The notes under the pieces: model-generated
Seen by the model: the letters and a program-made list of their open reading frames with translations, nothing else
What the model was told of the DNA's origin: nothing
Database searches by the model: none
Origin: Chloroflexi bacterium RBG_16_48_8
GTDB taxonomy: Bacteria > Chloroflexota > Anaerolineae > Anaerolineales > E44-bin32
DNA length: 31,738 bases
NCBI GenBank assembly: GCA_001795115.1
Contig: MGNI01000093.1
Location: forward strand, 7,321-39,058
Reading direction: 5' to 3'
In this document: in pieces, positions 8,154 to 16,791 of the stretch
Numbering within the stretch: position 1 is the stretch's first letter
How the letters are laid out: the number at the start of each line of letters is the position of its first letter
Translations under genes and position numbers: made by a program

Positions 8154-9302
8154 ATGAAAGTAGCCATTCTCACGGGCGGGGGAGACGTCCCAGGGTTGAA
8201 CGCCTGTATTAAATCTGCTGTTAGTCGTATCAGGGAAGAGGGACATGAGACTGTTGGTATACGCAGGGGTTGGGCTGGACTGCTGGAATGTCAACCTGAT
8301 GATCTAGAATCAGTAGCGAAGCATACCGTTCCGCTGGATCGAAATATCGTTCGAACGATCGATCGCACAGGAGGTACTTTCCTTCATACCTCTAGAACAA
8401 ATCCTACCAAAGTAAGTCCATCAGAGACCCCAGAATTTTTGAAGGATCGAATTGTGGGAGATGGCCTCCAGGATTTCACGGATCATGTCCTATCTGTAAT
8501 CGAGCAACTTGAGATCGATGCCCTTTTGCCGATCGGCGGTGATGACACCTTATCCTACGCTTTTCGGCTTTATCAGGAGGGGGTTCCCGTGGTCTGCATT
8601 CCCAAGACCATGGATAACGACGTTCGCGGCACGGATTATTGCATTGGATTTTCAACAGCAGTGACACGCAGTGTGAATATCATTCATAATTTGCGTACCA
8701 GTGCGGGCTCTCATGAGAGGATCGCTGTTGTCGAACTCTTTGGACGCTATAGTGGTGAAACTTCTCTTGTAGCAGCTTATTTATCGAATGTAGATCGTGC
8801 CATTATCTCCGAAGTCCCGTTCGATCCCCAGAAGCTTGCTAATTTTCTAGTGGAAGACAAACACAGCAATCCCAGCAATTACGCCATGATGACAATATCC
8901 GAGGGCGCCAAACTTATTGGCGGAGACGTTTTGGTTCGGGGCAAGGAAGATGCCTTTGGCCATAAAAAGCTGGGTGGTATCGGAGCAGTGACAGGAGATT
9001 TAATTAAAGAACTGACGGGTCAGAATATCATCTACCAACAACTTGCTTATATGATGCGTTCGGGGTCGCCCGATTCCTTGGATCTAATGGTAGCAATGAA
9101 TTTTGCCGTCATGGCAGCGGATTTGGTTATGACGCGTAGAATGGGACGAATGGTAGGATTGCGAAGTGGAATCTACACCAACGTTCCTATCACTGTCTTA
9201 CGTGAGGGCGCCCGTACTGTGGATGTGGATGAATTATATGATATCGATCAGTACCGTCCTAAGATTTGGCATGTGGATGGGAAACCCATGTTCTTGTATT
9301 AA
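8154..9302 (+). CDS. pfp: Phosphofructokinase, PPi-dependent signature
   Basis: [24 protein letters not shown] (Asp104) and PKTMDND (Lys124), ELFGR. Start is ATG 8154 or GTG 8136. Confidence 0.85.
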   Translation: MKVAILTGGGDVPGLNACIKSAVSRIREEGHETVGIRRGWAGLLECQPDDLESVAKHTVPLDRNIVRTIDRTGGTFLHTSRTNPTKVSPSETPEFLKDRIVGDGLQDFTDHVLSVIEQLEIDALLPIGGDDTLSYAFRLYQEGVPVVCIPKTMDNDVRGTDYCIGFSTAVTRSVNIIHNLRTSAGSHERIAVVELFGRYSGETSLVAAYLSNVDRAIISEVPFDPQKLANFLVEDKHSNPSNYAMMTISEGAKLIGGDVLVRGKEDAFGHKKLGGIGAVTGDLIKELTGQNIIYQQLAYMMRSGSPDSLDLMVAMNFAVMAADLVMTRRMGRMVGLRSGIYTNVPITVLREGARTVDVDELYDIDQYRPKIWHVDGKPMFLY

Positions 9303-9320
9303 TCAGAGGATGGGATATTC

Positions 9321-9480
9321 ATCTAGGTGATTGGCTGGAAGTAATTTGACAAACAGCGAACGTATAACCTAGCCAATCACTTAAGCAAACCGCCATTCAG
9401 GCAACTCATTTTATCAAAATACTTTCGGCGGTTTGCCTAGATCAGGGTTGATCGTTCGGGGCAGGCACAGAGCCTGCCCT
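9321..9480. repeat. Cluster of three inverted repeats between convergent genes; the last is a probable bidirectional terminator or REP-like hairpin
   Basis: TAGGTGATTGGCTGG/CTAGCCAATCACTTA (9324-9338/9369-9383); GCAAACCGCC/GGCGGTTTGC (9385-9394/9427-9436); GGGCAGGC-ACAGA-GCCTGCCC (about 9459-9479). Confidence 0.7.
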
Positions 9481-9492
9481 AATTTTTCTGCG

Positions 9493-10409
9493 CTATCGAT
9501 TTCGAGAGTCGAGGCGCTTTAGGCCAACCTTTTCTGCAAGTTTGAGGGCTGCAAGGTATTCCTCACGTTTCAATGGACGATCAAAAGGGGGAAACTTCCT
9601 GGCTCGAAAGGCTGGGCGGTATTGCGGCATTACATTGAGATAGGTATTGGTGGAGATCTCTTCAGCCAGGAAACGGAAAATCTCCTCGGAACCGGCATGC
9701 CCTTCAGGTAGAACCAGGTGCCTTACCAGCAGACCACGTTGAGCAATTCCATTCGTGTCCAAGATCAAGTCTCCAACCTGTCTGTGCATTTCTCGCACAG
9801 CGGCCTTATTAACTTGAGGATAATCCTTGATCCTTGACATTCGCATTGCGATATCTGGATCGCTGTATTTCATGTCAGGCATGTAGATATCTACCACTCC
9901 GTCCAGCAAGGCAAGTGATTCGGGCGAATCATAACCGCCAGTGTTGTACACCAAAGGGAGTTTCAAACCGTACTCCACTGCCACAAGAAGAGCTTCCAGA
10001 ATCTGAGCTACGACATGGGAGGGAGGACCAGGTTGATATTATGACAGCCGACTTTCTGCAGCCAAAGCATGATCGTCGCCAATTCTTTGGGGTCCATCTC
10101 CTCCCCTGCTGGTCGTTGGCTGATGTCATGGTTCTGACAGTATTGACAGCGAAGGTTGCACCAAGAGAAGAATATCGTCCCGGAACCACGCCAACCTCTC
10201 AGTGGATTCTCCTCACCAAAATGTGGGCTATATGAAGCCACGCGCGCATTTACCTTTGTACGGCAAACTCCCACTTGTAGATTGCGGTCAACGCGACAAG
10301 TTCGAGCACAAAGATCGCAGGATCTGAGATGGTGACGAGCTTCTTCAGCACGTTGAATCAATTCGCCGCTAGCATAAAGCTTGAGATAGGCGGGTTGAAA
10401 TTCTTTCAT
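9493..10409 (-). pseudogene. pflX: PflX-like radical SAM protein (pyruvate formate-lyase activating enzyme family), split by a 1-nt frameshift near 10026
   Basis: 5' part has CDLCARTC and CNLRCQYC (CxxxCxxC) and ends NINLV; another frame continues SHVVAQILEALLVAVEYGLKLPLVYNTGGYDS...YMPDMKY...RGLLVRHLVLP. Adding one base gives V(S/T)PSHVV and about 305 aa. Confidence 0.85.
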
Positions 10410-10522
10410 GCTTTCATGAAACCAATGCTAAAAATAGCCAGGGAACCTTCTGGTTTGAAGAATGAAAAATATCTTTCCCAGCTGCTTTTTGCTTGAAGGA
10501 TGCTCTCACGAAATGTTCAGCA

Positions 10523-11287
10523 TCACGGCTGGCAGTAGTCTGGTGGATCGCCCTCATAGGTTGGTGAGATGAGAGAGCCGGTTTGGACGAAGTCTGTCCC
10601 GTCCCAGGAATGTTCTAAATATTGCCTGTTGCATGGACAGCAGTTGGGTTCATCATATAAATAGATTGATTCCTCGAAGGTGATCATATCCCCTAACTTC
10701 TGCCAATCGCCATGGACTCCATCATGGGCATATCCTTCGACCATTTCAGATCCATTCCAGGCGTAAATCTTCAATTCTAGAATCGCCCCCGATCCACTGA
10801 AGCGGATCGGCACGATCACCATATACTGACAATCACCGAAGAGGTAAGGACCAGCCGTATCTTCGATCTGTTGATTCATGGGATCCCCACCTTCCACTCT
10901 CCACACTTCTTCCCAGGCAGCACCAGTCCAATGATCGACAAAGAGGGTTTTACCAGAAGCTCCACCATCCACAAGTCTCACCCGCTGATAGGTGCCATCG
11001 CAATTGAGGCTCAATCCCTCGGGTGGAGGGGTGAAAGTAGAAGTAGGCTCGGGAGTGACGGTGGGATGCTGTGTGCCAGTGGGGATTTCGATGGGAGTTG
11101 GGGGAGTGCCTGTTGGTAAGGGTGCTTCCTGAGTGAGGGTCGCTGAAAAAGCGTCCAGCGTAGCCGCAACTGAAGTCTCTAGTTCTCCAGGTTCACTATC
11201 GCTGATGATCTTATCGAGATTACAGGCCAGGGAAGCCATTAGAAGGATTGAAAAACTTGTCAGAATGATCCGCAACCGTTTCATCAT
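10523..11287 (-). CDS. Lipoprotein with Pro/Thr linker and LppP/LprE-like Cys-rich C-terminal domain
   Basis: MKRLRIIL...MASLAC lipobox; PTGTPPTP...TPEPTSTFTPPP linker; YDEPNCCPCNRQYLEHSWDG resembles the LppP/LprE D-x-x-CCP...W-x-G motif. Confidence 0.65.
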   Translation of the reverse strand: MMKRLRIILTSFSILLMASLACNLDKIISDSEPGELETSVAATLDAFSATLTQEAPLPTGTPPTPIEIPTGTQHPTVTPEPTSTFTPPPEGLSLNCDGTYQRVRLVDGGASGKTLFVDHWTGAAWEEVWRVEGGDPMNQQIEDTAGPYLFGDCQYMVIVPIRFSGSGAILELKIYAWNGSEMVEGYAHDGVHGDWQKLGDMITFEESIYLYDEPNCCPCNRQYLEHSWDGTDFVQTGSLISPTYEGDPPDYCQP

Positions 11288-11375
11288 GGAACTCTTCTCC
11301 AATATCCGAAGCTTGTTTTCTGTTCTTCTGAAATTAGCCCCTATGGTCTAGCTGCAAATTTCCATTCGGAAGGCT

Positions 11376-13061
11376 TTAAATCCAGGTTGGTTCCTCATAA
11401 CCTCCGAAGACCTCCTTCATCACACCAATAATCTCCCCCAAAGTTGCGTAGGCTCTCACCGCTTGCAAGATATGGGGCATGAGATTCTCCGTGCCCTGGC
11501 ATGCGATCCGTAATCGATCTAAACTTTGACCGACCGCGCCGGTGTCACGTGTACGACGGAGTTCTTCTAGTCGTTCGGCTTGGCGTTGATACCCTTTTGG
11601 ATCCATTTCTAACAAGGGTATTGCAAAGTGATCTTCCCCGGCATAGGCGTTGATGCCAATACCAACCCTCACCTCAGAATCCAATTCTCTCTGGTACCGA
11701 TAGGCGGAGTCAGAGATTTCCCTTTGAAAGAACCCCGCAGAAATTGCGGGTAACACTCCACCAAGATTATCGATACGGTCGAAGTATTCACGTGCTTGTT
11801 TTTCGATGCGGTTGGTCATGGCTTCAACGAAGAAGGAACCCCCCAAGGGATCTACGGTGTTTGCTACCCCAGATTCTTCATTGATGATCTGTTGCGTCCG
11901 AAGAGCAATGGTGGCCGCATGCTGGGAGGGGAGAGCAAGAGCCTCATCCATGGAATTGGTATGCAGGGATTGAGTACCGCCGAGGACAGCCGCAAGAGCC
12001 TGCAGGGCGACTCGTACAATATTGTTTTCGGGCTGCTGGGCAGTTAGACTGACGCCAGCTGTCTGGGTATGAAAACGTAAGAGCCAGGAGCGAGGATTTT
12101 CTGCATGGAAGTTGTAGCGCATCTCATGAGCCCAGATACGACGCGCGGCGCGATATTTGGCGATCTCTTCGAAGAAATCGTTATGAGCGTTGAAGAAGAA
12201 GGAAAGTCGAGGGGCGAAGTCGTCGATATGCAGACCTCTTTCGATTGCCCAGCGGACATACTCCATGCCATCCGCCAGTGTGAAGGCAAGCTCCTGTGTG
12301 GCAGTGGATCCAGCTTCCCGTATGTGATAGCCCGATATGGAGATGGTGTTCCATTGAGGGAGGCGTTGTGTGCCATATTCGACGGTGTCCGTGACTAAAC
12401 GCATGGAAGGAGCCGGGGGGAAGATGTATTCCTTCTGAGCGATGTATTCCTTGAGGATGTCATTTTGAATGGTCCCGCGTAACTGCTTGGGCTTGATCCC
12501 CTGCTTTTCAGCTGTCGCAATGTACATGGCCCAAATCACGGCAGCCGGGGAGTTTATCGTCATGCTCGTAGAGACTTTATCCAATGGGATGCCTTCCAGA
12601 AGGATTTCCATGTCCTTGAGGGACGAGATCGCCACACCACATTTCCCAAATTCCCCCAAAGCCTCAGGAGAATCGGTATCGTAACCCATCAAGGTAGGCA
12701 GATCGAACGCAACCGAAAGTCCCGTTTGTCCTTGTTCCAGAAGATACTTGAAGCGTTCATTGGTCTCTTCAGCTGTCCCGAATCCTGCGAACATACGCAT
12801 GGTCCAGGTTTTACCTCGGTACATGGTTGGATGGATGCCGCGCATATAGGGATATTCACCTGGAAAACCTAAGTCTCTTTCAAAATCCATATCGGTGATA
12901 TCAAGGGGTGTGTAAAGTCTATGGATGGGTTCAGAGGAAGTTGTGATGAAGCTTTCTTTGCGTTCCTTCCCGCTGGAAAGGGATGGTTGCAGGGTTGTTT
13001 CCTCCCACTGCTGAAGCTTCTGCCGTAGTTCTTCTAACTTGGATAAACTGAACATCTGCAT
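11376..13061 (-). CDS. B12-dependent acyl-CoA mutase large (substrate-binding) subunit, isobutyryl-CoA mutase-type residues
   Basis: [78 protein letters not shown]. No DxHxxG cobalamin-binding domain. Start 13061 or 13055. Confidence 0.9.
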   Translation of the reverse strand: MQMFSLSKLEELRQKLQQWEETTLQPSLSSGKERKESFITTSSEPIHRLYTPLDITDMDFERDLGFPGEYPYMRGIHPTMYRGKTWTMRMFAGFGTAEETNERFKYLLEQGQTGLSVAFDLPTLMGYDTDSPEALGEFGKCGVAISSLKDMEILLEGIPLDKVSTSMTINSPAAVIWAMYIATAEKQGIKPKQLRGTIQNDILKEYIAQKEYIFPPAPSMRLVTDTVEYGTQRLPQWNTISISGYHIREAGSTATQELAFTLADGMEYVRWAIERGLHIDDFAPRLSFFFNAHNDFFEEIAKYRAARRIWAHEMRYNFHAENPRSWLLRFHTQTAGVSLTAQQPENNIVRVALQALAAVLGGTQSLHTNSMDEALALPSQHAATIALRTQQIINEESGVANTVDPLGGSFFVEAMTNRIEKQAREYFDRIDNLGGVLPAISAGFFQREISDSAYRYQRELDSEVRVGIGINAYAGEDHFAIPLLEMDPKGYQRQAERLEELRRTRDTGAVGQSLDRLRIACQGTENLMPHILQAVRAYATLGEIIGVMKEVFGGYEEPTWI

Positions 13062-13083
13062 CTCCCACCGGAACTTCGAGGGA

Positions 13084-13094
13084 ATTATAGCATG
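13084..13094 (-). promoter_or_regulatory. Extended -10 promoter for the mutase gene
   Basis: Minus strand CATGCTATAAT (TG-n-TATAAT), about 23 nt upstream of the start. Confidence 0.6.
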
Positions 13095-13235
13095 GGGGCG
13101 ATTTTGGCGATGATCCTTGCCTCAGGTCGAAATTGGAGGATTCATATGGTTCTTATTTACCAAGTATGTAACTAAAAAAATCAATTTTCTGAGAGTGAAA
13201 ACCTGCTGACTGTGGACTCGGGGAGTCGAGGCGTT

Positions 13236-13796
13236 TTATTCTTTTCTCTCAGTTTTCGAGAAGTCATCGTCCTCATAGCTACGAAGACTACGCAGAAATG
13301 CTAGGGTCGCAGCGACGACGACCTGGCCCCCCGCAATTGTGCGGTCGGCGAGTTGCCGAGCGCGGGCGAGACGGATTTGTGGCTCCTGTATTGTGGGCTC
13401 GTAGAGTTCAATCAGGACACCGTGTGTGCTCTGAGGGTGGATGAAAGCAACAAGCTTCCCACCTGCACCGATGACAGGCTCCTCGTTGATGAGTCGCACT
13501 CCCTGACCCTTCAGATGATCCAGATATGTAACGATGTCATCCACTTCGAAGCAGATATGATGCAGTCCAGGTCCATGTTTCTTAAGGAAACGACCCACTC
13601 CCGTTTCTTCGCCCGTCGGTTTAACCAGCTCGATTTCAGCCTCGCCGGCTGGTAAGAATGCCGTAACAGCTTTCTGCTCCTCCAAATCCTCGACATGGGT
13701 AACTTTCATGCCCAACCCATCCCGCCAAAATCGAAGGGCGGGTTCGATATCGTCAACAATAATGGCAACGTGGTTGATTTTTTTCAGTGCTGTCAT
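13236..13796 (-). CDS. mce: Methylmalonyl-CoA epimerase (VOC fold) with ~53-aa C-terminal extension
   Basis: INHVAIIV, IELVKP, GPGLHHICFEVDDI, AFIHPQSTHGVLIELYE; RBS GAGGA upstream. Confidence 0.9.
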   Translation of the reverse strand: MTALKKINHVAIIVDDIEPALRFWRDGLGMKVTHVEDLEEQKAVTAFLPAGEAEIELVKPTGEETGVGRFLKKHGPGLHHICFEVDDIVTYLDHLKGQGVRLINEEPVIGAGGKLVAFIHPQSTHGVLIELYEPTIQEPQIRLARARQLADRTIAGGQVVVAATLAFLRSLRSYEDDDFSKTERKE

Positions 13797-13822
13797 AATT
13801 TCCTCTTAAATAGGGTTCAAGA

Positions 13823-13851
13823 ATTGTAGCGAAGAAGCCACCCATGTCCAA
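13823..13851 (-). promoter_or_regulatory. Sigma-70-type promoter for mce
   Basis: Minus strand TTGGAC (13851-13846), 17-nt spacer, TACAAT (13828-13823). Confidence 0.5.
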
Positions 13852-13866
13852 GGATCAATAAACGAT

Positions 13867-14114
13867 CCAATATGTTGCGGGAATTCTTTGTTTAGATTAT
13901 GGATCCTTTAGATGGAGTCCACCCCAGATGGCATTCTCTATCTGCTCGCTTTCTAATTTGCGTATCTTTTTAAAAGATCCTGTGTAGTCTTCGTCTCAGG
14001 CTTGTTAAGAAAGAACCCTAAGACTCCGTGTAGCAGTCGGAATTGGACCACTGGATCGGGTTTTGGGTCCAGGATTCTATTTGCGATTTCAACAACTTTT
14101 TGTCTTTTGTTCAT
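13867..14114 (-). pseudogene. Decayed 5' fragment of a gene of uncertain family
   Basis: ATG overlaps the upstream stop (ATGA coupling); [33 protein letters not shown]; after a frame change KIRKLESEQIENAIWGGLHLKDP*SKQRIPAT. Confidence 0.5.
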
Positions 14115-14785
14115 GTCACAGAGCGCTGTCTCTCCCTCAACCATCCGACCAAGGGGGGAACCCAGCAGAGGTTGGAGGCTATGGTCTCCAGGGCTGTGAG
14201 CAATTGAGTCGATGGGCTGAATCCCACCGTTCGTGCGAAGAACAACCCCAATGGCACAAGAAAAATAACGGCTACCCCAGCAATCATGACTGGATGTCTG
14301 ATATACTCGGCGAAGGCCTTTTTCCAGGATCCCGATCTTCTTCGGAGATGGATTAAACCCGAGAGGTTGCCCCCAATTTGGTCTGACATGGCGTAAAAAT
14401 AAGGGATATAAAAACCTTCTACTCCATATACATCAACACCAAAGAGTCGACTGCCCCAGTCAATCCACCATGGGATCGTCATCCCAAGAAGTTTGCCCCA
14501 GCCATAGGCCTCAACCATCCCTATTTTGGATTGGCTGAAACGTTTTTTAATGGCATATAATCCCTCCAGGATGCTTTCCCCTTCGCCTGAAAGTGTGCGA
14601 ACCAGCCATTGACCAACCGCACTCGTTTGGAAACCAAAGCTATCCAGACCCAAACCAAGGATCAAACCACCTAGGTAACCTGTGAGGGTATAACGAAGGA
14701 GCTCGCTGAATTCTTCTTGCTCTTCCACCTCGTCTTCTATACGTTCCAATTCATCAGACTCATTGTTATCTTCTTCACCCATCAT
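14111..14785 (-). CDS. Uncharacterised membrane protein with acidic N-terminus
   Basis: Long ORF; likely start [10 protein letters not shown] (14785/14782); several Gly-rich hydrophobic segments; position within the operon. Confidence 0.7.
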   Translation of the reverse strand: MMGEEDNNESDELERIEDEVEEQEEFSELLRYTLTGYLGGLILGLGLDSFGFQTSAVGQWLVRTLSGEGESILEGLYAIKKRFSQSKIGMVEAYGWGKLLGMTIPWWIDWGSRLFGVDVYGVEGFYIPYFYAMSDQIGGNLSGLIHLRRRSGSWKKAFAEYIRHPVMIAGVAVIFLVPLGLFFARTVGFSPSTQLLTALETIASNLCWVPPLVGWLRERQRSVT

Positions 14786-14832
14786 GGTTTGCCCTTTTTG
14801 GGGTTGTATTGTCATTGGTGGTATTCCCATTT

Positions 14833-15669
14833 CTAAGGATGAACCGTCCCGGTCATCCATTGAAGGGCATATTGGAGAACCTGATCTTTTTCGGGCTCAT
14901 TGTGGATTTCGTGATATTGACCTTCCCAGATTTTCAAGGTGCATCTACCCTCTGCTTTTTGCTGATACTCCCTGCTGGCTTGAGGAGAACATAATCTGTC
15001 ATCACTCCCATGCATGAGTAAGGCTGGAACCCTCAATCTTGAAGCGTTTTCCAACAACCATAAGCCTTCTTCAATCATCTCGATCCCTAAGCGCGCCGAT
15101 ACACGGTCATGCACCATGGGATCGGAATGATAGGCATGAACGACTTGCGGATCGCGTGAAAGACCATCCTGGTCCAGGCCGTTGGACATAGCCATCGTCG
15201 GCCATAGGTTGCGCATCATCCTGCCGAGGGTTAATTTCCATCCCGGGGGATCAAAACCAGGCCGAAGCAACGGTCCTGTGGCAATCACACCACTTATTTG
15301 GGGATGCAACCGTGCGCAGTAACTCAATACCAGGGTGCCGCCCAGACTGTGCCCGTACAAAAAAATGGGAGAGTCAGGGACCCGCTTTTGAGCTTCTTCC
15401 ACTTGCTTGGAGATATCCTCTCGAAGCGCATCCATGCTGGGTGTATGTCCTCGCTGACCTTCCGATTTCCCATGTCCCCGCATGTCGGCCGCGAGGAAAG
15501 CATACCCGCCCGCGCTGAGAAATTCTCCCACGTGGGTATATCGACCGATATGTTCTCCAAGACCGTGAACCAAGCAGACCGTTCCTTTCACAGTACCCTC
15601 AGGTTTCCAGTATCTCGCGTATATATTAAGGTTATCCTTGGAATTCCATTCAAGCTCATTGTAGGTCAT
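14833..15669 (-). CDS. Alpha/beta hydrolase, lysophospholipase / monoacylglycerol lipase family
   Basis: [21 protein letters not shown], nucleophile [19 protein letters not shown]; start ATG 15669 after GGAGG. Confidence 0.9.
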   Translation of the reverse strand: MTYNELEWNSKDNLNIYARYWKPEGTVKGTVCLVHGLGEHIGRYTHVGEFLSAGGYAFLAADMRGHGKSEGQRGHTPSMDALREDISKQVEEAQKRVPDSPIFLYGHSLGGTLVLSYCARLHPQISGVIATGPLLRPGFDPPGWKLTLGRMMRNLWPTMAMSNGLDQDGLSRDPQVVHAYHSDPMVHDRVSARLGIEMIEEGLWLLENASRLRVPALLMHGSDDRLCSPQASREYQQKAEGRCTLKIWEGQYHEIHNEPEKDQVLQYALQWMTGTVHP

Positions 15670-15866
15670 TTTTCCCTCCGCTTTTTTGATATGTTGGTTC
15701 AGATTATCCATTTAACCTAGTACTTGGTGTCATTTTGAGTCTACAGCATTGAGAACGATTGAATTCAAGGTCAGATTCGTTGAGAAGTAGAAGGTGAGCA
15801 AGTTCATCCGCCTGGGCTATGGATTAATTAGCATCATTCAACTGTTGATGATTGGCCAGCATCCAT

Positions 15867-16784
15867 TCATTCTACTTTGCGACGCATGAGTTCGCTCGCA
15901 TAGTGTTGACCGAGGGAGTATGCATTTTCTTCCGCCCAAGTCGTTAATTGGGTATGACCCGTGGGTGGCGAATAGACATGAAGCAGGTCGGCCATCAATC
16001 CCTGCACCTCAGGCCAAGTGATCATAACATCCTTCGCAAACTTGCCAATGATCCACCCGGTCAGGAATGCTATTCGTGCTGGCATGGGGATAATCGGTCG
16101 GGATTTGCCGATGATCCTCCCGATTTTATTCACCCATTCTCGGTAAGTGAAGGTTTCTGGGCCTATGGCGTTAACAATGACATTCTCTCCCTTCTGACCA
16201 TGCTCCACAGCCAATTTTGCCAAATCATCTACATAGATGGGCTGAAGTCGATACTTCCCATCACCAAAGAGCCCAAAAATGGGAAATCGGCGTAGGGTCC
16301 AGGCGATGTTGTTGATCAGGATGTCCTCTTTGCCAAATAGAACGGTGGGTCGAAGGATGGCATAGGATATACCTGACTGGATGATCTCCTGTTCCAAGAT
16401 CGCTTTACCGGCGAAGTATTCTAAAGGGGAATCTATGGAAGGATTGGTGATACTGATGTGCACAATTCGTTGGACGCCGGAATCCTTAGCGGCTGATATC
16501 AGCTTTCGTGTATTTTCAACAGCAAGAGTGTGCCCAAAAGCCTTATAGTTGAACCGGATCCAATAGGTGTTGTAAAGGACTTCTACACCCTTCAGAGAAT
16601 TTCTCAGTTTATCGGGTTGGCCATAATTGAAAGGGAAGGCTCTCACGCTTTCGCCAAAGGGATTCTCTCGGTGAAGTGAATTAGTCAATGTGATCACTTC
16701 TTTCCCGGCGAGCAGTAATCGAGTGGCGATGTATTTCCCCGAGTAACCGAAGGCTCCTGTTACTGCGTGAATCTCAGACACCAT
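15867..16784 (-). CDS. NAD(P)-binding atypical SDR (NDUFA9 / epimerase-like)
   Basis: VTGAFGYSGKYIA Rossmann motif; YFAGK, ILRPTVLFG, QPIYVDDLA, GPETFTY. Confidence 0.85.
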   Translation of the reverse strand: MVSEIHAVTGAFGYSGKYIATRLLLAGKEVITLTNSLHRENPFGESVRAFPFNYGQPDKLRNSLKGVEVLYNTYWIRFNYKAFGHTLAVENTRKLISAAKDSGVQRIVHISITNPSIDSPLEYFAGKAILEQEIIQSGISYAILRPTVLFGKEDILINNIAWTLRRFPIFGLFGDGKYRLQPIYVDDLAKLAVEHGQKGENVIVNAIGPETFTYREWVNKIGRIIGKSRPIIPMPARIAFLTGWIIGKFAKDVMITWPEVQGLMADLLHVYSPPTGHTQLTTWAEENAYSLGQHYASELMRRKVE

Positions 16785-16791
16785 TCAAGAC

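Noticed and set aside
9346-9368. TTGACA...TATAAC promoter look-alike inside a hairpin loop
   Set aside because: The spacer is only 11 nt and no plus-strand gene lies downstream.
12423-12452. 12-nt direct repeat GATGTATTCCTT
   Set aside because: It encodes [10 protein letters not shown], a normal mutase motif.
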